DNA of 64,000 nucleotides from Eubacteriales bacterium (lineage in GTDB: Bacteria > Bacillota > Clostridia > Oscillospirales > CAG-272). Below, one piece after another: positions 57,301 through 64,000 of the stretch. The notes below the pieces were generated by a model. That model worked only from the letters and a program-made list of their open reading frames with translations, was not told the origin of the DNA and made no database searches. Location of the stretch: the NCBI GenBank assembly GCA_045596865.1, contig JAZODF010000039.1, positions 2,245 to 66,244 on the forward strand, read 5' to 3'. Numbering within the stretch: position 1 is the stretch's first letter; each line of letters opens with the position of its first letter. The translations under genes were made by a program, and so were the position numbers.

Positions 57301-58344
57301 ATTTACAATCAGGGCAGCCTGCTTAAAATGATGCTGGCGGCAACCGATATTCGCCCCACGTCGATCACCGATTTTCTGGAAAGCGTGCCGCCCGAGCTGT
57401 CGCTCAGCGACGAGATGCAAACAAACGTTGACATTTCCGAGCGTCCGCGACCGACCAAAATCACCGAAAAAGTTGACACGGGTGGGGAGGTAGGCTTCAT
57501 TTCGCCGACCGACGAGTACGCGGGAGAGATGCGCGTGCCCGAGCCCTATCGCGAGGGGCAGATACGCAAAATGCTCGGCGAGAGGTTCTCCTACCGCTAT
57601 CCGAGATTGCACCTGACGCGCCTGCCCGAGAAGATGTCGGTGTCCGTCCTTTACCCCGAGCTGCTTGACGGTACGGACGAGGGCGTGGTAATGCTCGAGG
57701 AGGGGGGTGACACCACCGTCAAGGAGGACGAGGCACATCTTCGCTTCGCAGGTCTTGGCATCCTGCCCGAATTCCTGACGGGCGAGGAAAAGGACGGTAG
57801 CGCGAAGCGCGGAATCGCCACCCACCTGCTCTTCCAATTCTGCGACCTTGCAAGACTGAAGCGCGAGGGCGCGAGGGCCGAGCTTGACCACCTTGTCGCC
57901 GAGAGGTTTATCTCCGAGTCGGATGCGGCGCGAGTCCGCCTCGACGAGGTTGAGATGTTCCGCGAGTCACGCCTCATCGACGAGATGATGGCGGCGAGTG
58001 CCCTTTACCGCGAGTTTCGCTTCAACGTCCGCCTGCCCGCCGCGGATTTCGCATCAACCGACGCCCTGAAGGAGCTTTACCGCGACGAGGAGATCCTCGT
58101 GCAGGGTGTTATAGACTGCCTGTACGTTGACGCGGAGGGTGAGTATCACCTCATCGACTACAAGACCGACCGCCTCACGAAGGCACAGCTCGCCGACCCC
58201 GAAAAGGCACGGCAGAAAATGTGCGAATCGCACGCCCGTCAGCTCTCCTACTACGGCAAGGCGGTCGAGCTCATTTTCGGCAAGGCACCAAAAACCCGCG
58301 AGGTCTATTCACTCCACCTCGGCGACACGCTGTCGGTGATGTAA
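54343..58344 (+). CDS. addA: ATP-dependent helicase/nuclease subunit A (UvrD-like helicase + PD-(D/E)xK nuclease)
   Basis: 1333 aa. AAAGSGKT, DEYQD, and the C-terminal nuclease block GVIDCLYVDAEGEYHLIDYKTD. Approximately 105-aa low-complexity N-terminal extension. Confidence 0.85.
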   Translation: MTGKSKAGASPEIIEENVNNSCGFDSADCTKANGTNPANCDTSPDLAGSPVAVDANATCKSANDVATSVTHPKTGANLDADDPDATPEGEPSGAKPAPEDKGPTWTDMQRLAIDTRERTLLVSAAAGSGKTATLTERIIRSITDPVHPVGIDEMLIVTFTRLAAGELRERIGKAIRKEIEKNPGNPHLERQLHALPSARICTIDSFCADILRANADRVGISPTFRIPDEAECALIGENLLDGIFSAIYAGELAEVATPAALSALAECLTDTGRDTDLAAVVGAIHHTTISTIEGADSLLPLVEEYNPEKFTTVENTRFGRYIMDRLNELVAHYKPILLLARREVEEVTQTDKTKKLLDMLAEDIKLITDIEAANGYAAVREVVRAAKFSKAANNTDPTLPPTTMIHGSLRDELTALSGKFFLHTEEDWRVAYSGLYVQIGTLYRIIKHYDLTLRREKERRGICEFSDIERYTYECMWQNGERTDVARAQAKLYAQIYIDEYQDVNNLQDAIFEAISTPTSRFMVGDIKQSIYRFRSANPDIFARMKRTYPEISVAGDSPNAAIFMSDNFRCDRGIIDFVNRVFDRVFGIIGESIGYVPSDRLVCSKYKNKTEPPYRAPEVCLIDSSAIKKKHKDDPNFEAGLLTPYAVAEKIRELIEGGECKNDGTPITPGDIAIIMRTAKGRIGYYKQALDEYGIPAAVAEETKFFLTPEALLALCLLNSIDNPHRDIYLAGLMLSPLYGFTEDELTVIRRTRGGTLYESLTGFCRDNPDFEKGSKFIEQLNHYRLLSEGTPTDVLMLRLYHETGLLALAAKNGGRDRLLRLYEYARSFEASSFKGLYNFITYLNGITERKNALDKREAPRDPHAVAILTSHGSKGLEYPVVFYVGSEEGLGGGGGAPPRFEYSEGFGIGMFLRTPSGLALVKNATKAVIADHARRLEIEEEARILYVTLTRARERLYVVANAGKKMADFDKEIAYAREYIDSYTIYNQGSLLKMMLAATDIRPTSITDFLESVPPELSLSDEMQTNVDISERPRPTKITEKVDTGGEVGFISPTDEYAGEMRVPEPYREGQIRKMLGERFSYRYPRLHLTRLPEKMSVSVLYPELLDGTDEGVVMLEEGGDTTVKEDEAHLRFAGLGILPEFLTGEEKDGSAKRGIATHLLFQFCDLARLKREGARAELDHLVAERFISESDAARVRLDEVEMFRESRLIDEMMAASALYREFRFNVRLPAADFASTDALKELYRDEEILVQGVIDCLYVDAEGEYHLIDYKTDRLTKAQLADPEKARQKMCESHARQLSYYGKAVELIFGKAPKTREVYSLHLGDTLSVM

Positions 58345-58410
58345 CGGAGCTTTATGTAAAGGTTGCTTTACATTATTTACATTTCAATTTCATTTCAGCA
58401 ATAGCAAAAA

Positions 58411-58436
58411 GCCACCCGTAATTTAACACGGGTGGC
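58411..58436. terminator. Conserved-loop hairpin (probable bidirectional terminator)
   Basis: AAAAA-GCCACCCG-TAATTTAACA-CGGGTGGC-TTGTTTT. Confidence 0.6.
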
Positions 58437-58495
58437 TTGTTTTGGCGTTTTTTAGTTTCTGTCAAACGCACGGCGAGGTCGGACGACGGTGTGTA

Positions 58496-58732
58496 TCAAT
58501 ACTCAACCTGGATGAGGCAGGTGCGGTTATTATCGACGTACTGGCCCGTCCTCGGGTCGTATCTGTCACGGATGTGACGGTCGAAATACTCGGTTGCCTC
58601 CCCGGTGGTTTTGAAGCAGATCGCGCTGCTGACGTCGGACACGAGGTCGACCGTCACGCTGCCGTAGCCGTTGTTGCGCGCGTAGTACCAGCTACCGTCC
58701 TTCAGATATACGCGGATGACGTATGCTAACAT
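58496..58732 (-). CDS. Hypothetical small protein
   Basis: 78 aa. Strong RBS AAAAAGGAGAA. No recognisable motif. Confidence 0.5.
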   Translation of the reverse strand: MLAYVIRVYLKDGSWYYARNNGYGSVTVDLVSDVSSAICFKTTGEATEYFDRHIRDRYDPRTGQYVDNNRTCLIQVEY

Positions 58733-58888
58733 AATGATTCTCCTTTTTTGCCGCGTGCTGTCGCGGGTCGTTTTACACCCCTATTTTAGCACCCTACGGT
58801 CAAAAAAGCAAGGACTAATCCCAAAAAGCGGTGAAAATCCGCCAAAAAACCCCGTCCGCGGGAATTATCGCAAATTGTTGCATACTCC

Positions 58889-58917
58889 TTGACTTATTTA
58901 AAAGTGTATGATATAAT
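58889..58917 (+). promoter_or_regulatory. Sigma-A promoter of alaS
   Basis: TTGACT-N17-TATAAT, 42 nt upstream of the start. Confidence 0.55.
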
Positions 58918-58959
58918 TTGATTTTGGAAAATATTTATTTTATTTTGGAGGTGTTCACA

Positions 58960-61590
58960 ATGAAGTGGACTTCGCTTAACGACCTTCGCGAGAGCTTCCT
59001 CTCCTTCTTCGAGAGCAAGGGGCATTTAAGACTGCCGAGTTTCTCGCTTATTCCTAACAATGACAAATCTCTCCTTCTCATAAATTCGGGTATGGCGCCG
59101 ATGAAGAAGTTCTTCACCGGTGAGGAGCAGCCGCCGAGAAACCGCGTCTGCACCTGCCAGAAGTGTATCAGAACCCCCGACCTTGAGAGGGTTGGACACA
59201 CCGCACGCCACGGCACCTACTTCGAGATGCTCGGCAACTTCTCCTTCGGTGATTATTTCAAGGAGGAGGCTATTGCCTGGGCGTGGGAGTTCCTCACCGT
59301 CACCCTTGAGATTCCCGCCGACCTTCTCTGGCCGTCGGTTTACGAGCAGGACGACGAGGCGTACGCAATCTGGCGCGACAAGATCGGCGTGCCCGAGGCG
59401 CATATCGTCAAGCTCGGCAAGGCGGACAACTTCTGGAAACACGGCACCGGCCCCTGCGGCCCCTGCTCCGAGATCTACTTTGACCGCGGACTCAAGTACG
59501 GCTGTGGCTCGCCCGACTGCAAGCCCGGCTGTGACTGTGACAGGTTTATGGAGATCTGGAACAACGTGTTCTCGCAGTTTGACAACGACGGCAACGGCAA
59601 TTACACCGAGCTCGCACAGAAGAATATCGACACGGGCATGGGCCTCGAGCGACTTGCCTGCGTGCTTCAGGGCGTGGACAACCTCTTTGAGGTTGATACC
59701 GTTCGTCGCATTCTCGACACCGTTTGCTCCATCGCGGGCAAGACCTACGGCGACGACAAGAAGAACGACGTTTCCATCCGCGTTATCACCGACCATATCC
59801 GCAGCGCGACCTTCATGATCGCGGACGGCGTTATCCCCTCTAACGAGGGTCGCGGCTACGTTCTTCGCCGTATTCTTCGCCGCGCATGCCGCCACGGCAA
59901 GCTGCTCGGTATAGGCAGAATGTTCCTCGAGGAGCTCTGTAAAATCGTTATCTCGCAGAACGAGAACGCATATCCCGAGCTGAAAACCAAGTACGACTAC
60001 GTCCTCAAGGTGGTTCGCCTCGAGGAGGAGCGCTTCAATGCGACCATCGACGCGGGTCTCGGCATCCTTGCGGGTGTTATTGACCAGGCCATTGAGGAGG
60101 GCAAGACCGTCATTTCGGGCGAGGATGCCTTCAAGCTCTACGACACGTTCGGCTTCCCCGTTGACCTCACCCGTGAGATCGCCGAGGAGCGCGGACTCAC
60201 CATTGACGAGGCGGCGTTCACCGCCCTTATGAACGAGCAGAAGGCGAGAGCACGCGCCGCACGCGGAAACATCTCCGGTTGGGCTGACGGCTCCTCCGCA
60301 CTTCTTGAAAATATCCCCGCGACCGAGTTTGTCGGCTACGGTGCCCCCGAAAAGGCGCTCTGCGAGGCAGAGCTCATTGCCATTCTCACCGACGAGGGCG
60401 CGGTAACCGAGATCAGCGAGGGCGATTGCTCGCTCATCTTTAACAAGACCCCCTTCTACGGCGAAGGCGGCGGTCAGGTCGGCGACACGGGTGTTATCAC
60501 CGCGGGCGACACGGTCATCACCGTCACCGACACCAAGAAGACGAACGGCGTCTATATTCACGAGTGCCATATCGAGAACGGTAGCGTCAAGGTTGGCGAC
60601 ACCCTGCACCTCGAGGTGGCGTCCGCACGCCGCAAGGCAATCATGCGTAACCATTCCGCGGCGCACCTGCTCCAGTCGGCGCTCCGCTACGTGCTCGGCA
60701 CCCACGTCGAGCAGGCGGGCTCCTACGTTGACGAGCATCGCGTTCGCTTCGATTTCACCCACCTTTCCGCGCTGACCGAGGAGGAGCTCGGCCGCGTTGA
60801 GGCAATCGTAAACGAGAACATCCTCGCGGCAGAGGCCTGCTCCACCACCGTGACCGACATTGCTTCGGCAAAGGCGATGGGCGCGATGGCCCTATTCGGC
60901 GAGAAATACGGCGACACCGTCCGCGTGGTTAAGATCGGCAAGAGCTCCACCGAGCTTTGCGGAGGAACGCACGTGGCATCCACGGGCGAGATCGGCCTTT
61001 TCAAGATCATCTCCGAGACATCGGTTGCGGCGGGTGTCAGAAGAATTGAGGGTACGACGGGTCTTGGCGTGCTTCAGCTCCTTGAGGAGAAGCAGTCGCT
61101 CATCAACGAGACGGCACAGGTCCTTAAGGTGCCGAACCCGAACAACATTGCCAAGAAGGCACAGTCGGTCCAGGGCGAGCTGAAGGATGCGCGCCGTGAG
61201 CTCGAGGCATCGAATGCAAAGCTCGCAGAGATCAAGACCGAGAGCCTTCTCTCGGGCATCAAGCCCGTTGGCAGGTTCCTCCTTCTCACCGCGACGGTAG
61301 AGATGAAGCCTGATGCGGCACGCGCCCTTTGCGACAGCGTGAAGGCAAAGTATGCAAACGGCGTTGCGGTCATCGCGGTCGTCAACGACGGCAAGCTCAA
61401 CTTCGTTGCGGCGGCAGGTAAGGACGCGGTTGCGGCAGGCGCACATTGCGGCAACATCCTGCGCGAGGTTTCCGCGGTTACAGGCGGCAAGGGCGGCGGA
61501 CGCCCCGACAGCGCAATGAGCGGCGGCAGAGACCTCGACAAGATCGACGCGGCACTCAAAAAGGCGGAGGATATCCTCGCGGGTATCTAA
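58960..61590 (+). CDS. alaS: Alanine-tRNA ligase
   Basis: Start set to MKWTSLNDLRESFLSFFESKGH. 876 aa. Class II core, editing domain (HSAAHLL...CGGTHV) and C-terminal DHHA1-like domain. Confidence 0.95.
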   Translation: MKWTSLNDLRESFLSFFESKGHLRLPSFSLIPNNDKSLLLINSGMAPMKKFFTGEEQPPRNRVCTCQKCIRTPDLERVGHTARHGTYFEMLGNFSFGDYFKEEAIAWAWEFLTVTLEIPADLLWPSVYEQDDEAYAIWRDKIGVPEAHIVKLGKADNFWKHGTGPCGPCSEIYFDRGLKYGCGSPDCKPGCDCDRFMEIWNNVFSQFDNDGNGNYTELAQKNIDTGMGLERLACVLQGVDNLFEVDTVRRILDTVCSIAGKTYGDDKKNDVSIRVITDHIRSATFMIADGVIPSNEGRGYVLRRILRRACRHGKLLGIGRMFLEELCKIVISQNENAYPELKTKYDYVLKVVRLEEERFNATIDAGLGILAGVIDQAIEEGKTVISGEDAFKLYDTFGFPVDLTREIAEERGLTIDEAAFTALMNEQKARARAARGNISGWADGSSALLENIPATEFVGYGAPEKALCEAELIAILTDEGAVTEISEGDCSLIFNKTPFYGEGGGQVGDTGVITAGDTVITVTDTKKTNGVYIHECHIENGSVKVGDTLHLEVASARRKAIMRNHSAAHLLQSALRYVLGTHVEQAGSYVDEHRVRFDFTHLSALTEEELGRVEAIVNENILAAEACSTTVTDIASAKAMGAMALFGEKYGDTVRVVKIGKSSTELCGGTHVASTGEIGLFKIISETSVAAGVRRIEGTTGLGVLQLLEEKQSLINETAQVLKVPNPNNIAKKAQSVQGELKDARRELEASNAKLAEIKTESLLSGIKPVGRFLLLTATVEMKPDAARALCDSVKAKYANGVAVIAVVNDGKLNFVAAAGKDAVAAGAHCGNILREVSAVTGGKGGGRPDSAMSGGRDLDKIDAALKKAEDILAGI

Positions 61591-61599
61591 ATTCATATT

Positions 61600-61644
61600 G
61601 CCCCGACCAAGCTACGAGCAAATCGAGGTCGGGGCACTTTTTAT
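61600..61644 (+). terminator. Rho-independent terminator after alaS
   Basis: GCCCCGACC...GGTCGGGGC stem then ACTTTTTAT. Confidence 0.7.
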
Positions 61645-61750
61645 CAAAAAGGAGATTTTAGCGGTCATCAAATGTTAACCATACTTTACATTACAAAGCA
61701 CGCCACCGTCACGGGTGGCGTGCTTTTCTTTGCGCCGTAAAAGGCAAAAA

Positions 61751-61776
61751 GCCACCCGAAATTTAACACGGGTGGC
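61751..61776. repeat. Second copy of the conserved-loop hairpin
   Basis: GCCACCCG-AAATTTAACA-CGGGTGGC flanked by an A-run and a T-run. Differs from the 58411 copy at one loop base. Confidence 0.7.
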
Positions 61777-62090
61777 TTTGTTTATGTATTATTGAGGTTT
61801 TAAGATCTTTAAAAGCCGATGATTGAGTCTTCTCATCCTTCATTATTTGAGTAAATTAATTAAAGCACCGCCAAAAAAGATAATATGACCTAACGGCGCA
61901 AAAACCAAAAACTCGATACAGCGAAAATGCTTGTATAAATGCTCACATTTTTTCAACCGCAAGAAAATATTGTCGGTATCAACAGTAAGCGCCGGATAGT
62001 GACGATCATTGCGCCAACGAAACAAGGAGGAATGCGATCCAAGCGTTAATACAGCCCCTACGAAAGGTCGTGCGTTCATAGATCGCGCCG

Positions 62091-62633
62091 CTACCTGCCA
62101 AACTCAAATATTGTTTTCGTTTCCTTTCCGTCGGATACGGTTAATCTTGATCTGTATTTAAATAACGCGGGGCGCTCATAGGTGTAAACGTAATCGCCGA
62201 GTATGTACTTGTAACCGCCAAAAGTAGATTTCCAACCGTCCATCTTTCCGCTTTCCTTAACCAACCTAACCGCCGCGGCATCTAAATCACATTTGTTACC
62301 GTTTCTATCATAGCAATAGGCGGTTTGGGTTAATCCAACATATACATACAGAAACTCACCAAAATACAACAAAGCGCCATACCCTTGGCCTTCAGCAAAC
62401 AACCTTTTAGAAAAAAGCTCCTCGCCCTCATTTGAATACGCATTCACCCTCAAATAAGCAACAGTTGAGGTTTTTTCAAAGTAGCAAATTGCCACGTCAC
62501 CGTTGGTTCGGTTCAAGGTCATATTAGATGGCGCGGTTACGTTTCTCATTGGAACCGCCGCGAATAAAACCACCAACAATCCAACTATTAAAATAATTGC
62601 TATTATTTTCTTGACGTTCACGTTTACACTCAC
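62091..62633 (-). CDS. Hypothetical membrane-anchored protein (lower-GC gene)
   Basis: About 176-180 aa. N-terminal TM, Tyr/Gly-rich beta-type ectodomain. Start ambiguous (GTG at 62633 or 62621). Confidence 0.5.
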   Translation of the reverse strand: MSVNVNVKKIIAIILIVGLLVVLFAAVPMRNVTAPSNMTLNRTNGDVAICYFEKTSTVAYLRVNAYSNEGEELFSKRLFAEGQGYGALLYFGEFLYVYVGLTQTAYCYDRNGNKCDLDAAAVRLVKESGKMDGWKSTFGGYKYILGDYVYTYERPALFKYRSRLTVSDGKETKTIFEFGR

Positions 62634-62909
62634 TCCTTTATGTAGGCTGACGGGTTTGTCGTCGATTGCGTATAGGCTTCGGTGATATAGACAAATCTGA
62701 TTTAATATTAAAAACGCCTGTCAATTAAAGTATATCACTCGCGGTGTAGCTTGTCAACAACAGGGCATTTTGTGTTTTAATTTCTCCTATGTACGATAAA
62801 TAACCGCCTTTGTTCGGGTTTTTCGCAAAATTTCATAAATTATTATTTTCTGCGCGCGGGTTTACTTTTAGGCGGGCGGGTGTTATACTAACATCGTGGA
62901 GGTGATGGT

Positions 62910-63452
62910 ATGCTAATGTTCCTTGCGCTGATCGATGAGGGGCGGCAGGACGATTTTATCAAGATATACACGCGCTACAAGTCGCTCGCAACCAAGACCG
63001 CGGGATATTACCTCAGCAACCGATACGACGTCGAGGAGATCGTACAGACCGCGTTTTTCAGGATTTCACAATGCCTTGACAGGCTGGACACCGACAACCC
63101 GCGCAGGGTCGCAAATTTCGTCATCACGGTGACGCGGAATTGCTGTTACGACCTTTTAAGAAAGCAGAGGCGTTCGCCGAAGACCGTGACGATCGACTCG
63201 GTCGAGCTTTTGCCCGACGAGGAGGACGCGTACGAGAGGCTGATCGACAGGGAAACCTACGCCGAGGTCGTCAAATACATATTGAAAATGCCCGAGAAAT
63301 ACAGGTTCGTTTTATACCTTTACTACGCCTGTGACCTTTCGATAACGGCGATTGCCGTAGCGCTGAATATCAGCAGGAGCACCGCACACGGCAGGCTGAC
63401 GAAGGGGATCGAGATGATAAAGAGGCGGATCGGAGGGGTGGATAATGGATAA
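62910..63452 (+). CDS. ECF-type RNA polymerase sigma-70 factor
   Basis: 180 aa. Region 2 (EEIVQTAFFRISQCLDRL...TRNCCYDLLRK) and region 4 HTH (LSITAIAVALNISRSTAHGRLTKG). Confidence 0.85.
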   Translation: MLMFLALIDEGRQDDFIKIYTRYKSLATKTAGYYLSNRYDVEEIVQTAFFRISQCLDRLDTDNPRRVANFVITVTRNCCYDLLRKQRRSPKTVTIDSVELLPDEEDAYERLIDRETYAEVVKYILKMPEKYRFVLYLYYACDLSITAIAVALNISRSTAHGRLTKGIEMIKRRIGGVDNG

Positions 63453-64000
63453 GCTGATCAAACAGGCGGTAATCACCGCGGCGAGGATCGAGGCGCGCCA
63501 TTATGAGAGCCTGCCCGAGGATGCACCCCTGTCACGGGAGTGCGAGAGGACCATTCACGGCTATGCCGACAAGGCGAAAAAGAGGCTCGCACCGAGGCAG
63601 ATTGTCGCCCTGCTTATTGCGGCGGCGCTGTTGCTGGCCCTATCCATCACGGCGTACGCATACAGGGAGCAGATCGGCAGCTTCATCGAGGAGGTGTTCG
63701 ACGGCGACAAGTCCGACGGCACGAGCGGGCCGATAGTAGACGTCGTCGGCTACATGGCACCCTCCTACATCCCGAGCGGATACGCGAGGGAGAGCGAGGA
63801 AATCTCCGCCGAGGGTGTCGAGCTGGGTTGGCGGAACGGTGATCTGCATATCGCCTTTTACTGCTACGCCGTGGACAGCGGCCTGCCTTCCCCCGACACG
63901 GAGGGTGCGGTAATAGGCAGGATAACAGTTGACGGTGTGGCAATCGACAGCTTCACCAAGGGTGGCAGGACCGAGCTTGTTTGGAGCGACGGTGCCTACG
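63445..64000 (+). CDS. Putative anti-sigma factor / DUF4367-like protein (3' end outside window)
   Basis: Translated by hand. ATG overlaps the sigma gene by 8 nt: MDKLIKQAV..., single TM IVALLIAAALLLALSITAYAY, then PSYIPSGY-type ectodomain. Open to the window end. Confidence 0.6.
   Translation, partial: MDKLIKQAVITAARIEARHYESLPEDAPLSRECERTIHGYADKAKKRLAPRQIVALLIAAALLLALSITAYAYREQIGSFIEEVFDGDKSDGTSGPIVDVVGYMAPSYIPSGYARESEEISAEGVELGWRNGDLHIAFYCYAVDSGLPSPDTEGAVIGRITVDGVAIDSFTKGGRTELVWSDGAY

Noticed and set aside
58740-58959. T-box leader upstream of alaS
   Set aside because: The consensus promoter -10 ends only 42 nt before the start codon. That is far too short for a T-box, and I found no specifier loop or T-box sequence.
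59026-60762. 578-aa ORF on the minus strand
   Set aside because: It is antisense to alaS and is a high-GC antisense artefact.
61843-62079. 78-aa minus-strand ORF
   Set aside because: There is no Shine-Dalgarno sequence (GCGGCGCGATCT precedes the ATG) and no recognisable motif. It may be real as a downstream cistron of 62091-62633, but the evidence is insufficient to call it.

Overview
64-kb chromosomal segment from a high-GC Gram-positive anaerobe. It looks Clostridia/Oscillospiraceae-like, judging from rnfCDGEAB, ApbE, a B12-riboswitch DUF4430/ECF operon, GGAGG RBSs, Cys-lipobox signal peptides and textbook TTGACA-N17/18-TATAAT promoters; the taxon is inference. Spot counts on a few 60-nt lines give about 55-65% GC for the backbone. 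Most of the window is housekeeping: Lrp+aminotransferase, MerR-ABC, MarR-acyl-CoA ligase, nucleoside hydrolase, pfkA, holA, cyclophilin, guaB, asnA, an FMN-bind-like lipoprotein+apbE+rnfCDGEAB, two MATE pumps, tRNA-Thr(GGU), a small alarmone synthetase, an HtrA-like protease, a THUMP methyltransferase, GDPD, MFS, a heparinase-II/III-like protein, ACT+DUF711, truB, addA, alaS and an ECF sigma/anti-sigma pair. The accessory content is two clearly AT-rich islands. Island 2 (about 43.59-48.76 kb) carries a 1496-aa RHS/YD polymorphic toxin with no recognisable export signal. Its post-DPSG C-terminal cargo is a glycine-zipper multi-TM domain, and it is translationally coupled (TAATG) to a small membrane protein that is the immunity candidate. 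Island 1 (about 12.0-13.9 kb) encodes one Cys-rich small protein and three small membrane proteins. It starts with essentially the same 40-nt promoter (37/40 identical) and ends with the identical 32-nt terminator as the RHS cassette 32 kb away. My best candidate for an undescribed system is therefore a two-locus, co-regulated RHS toxin plus membrane-protein module (orphan immunity array or holin-like release/accessory set). The intergenic space also holds several repeat families: TGTAAATA..TATTTACA palindromes, an ACACGGGG(T)CGG/AATTTAACA hairpin family, a 291-bp tandem duplication after the tRNA, reiterated copies of the apbE 3' end, and 41-bp and 33-bp tandem repeats. No CRISPR array, rRNA, transposase or integrase was seen.
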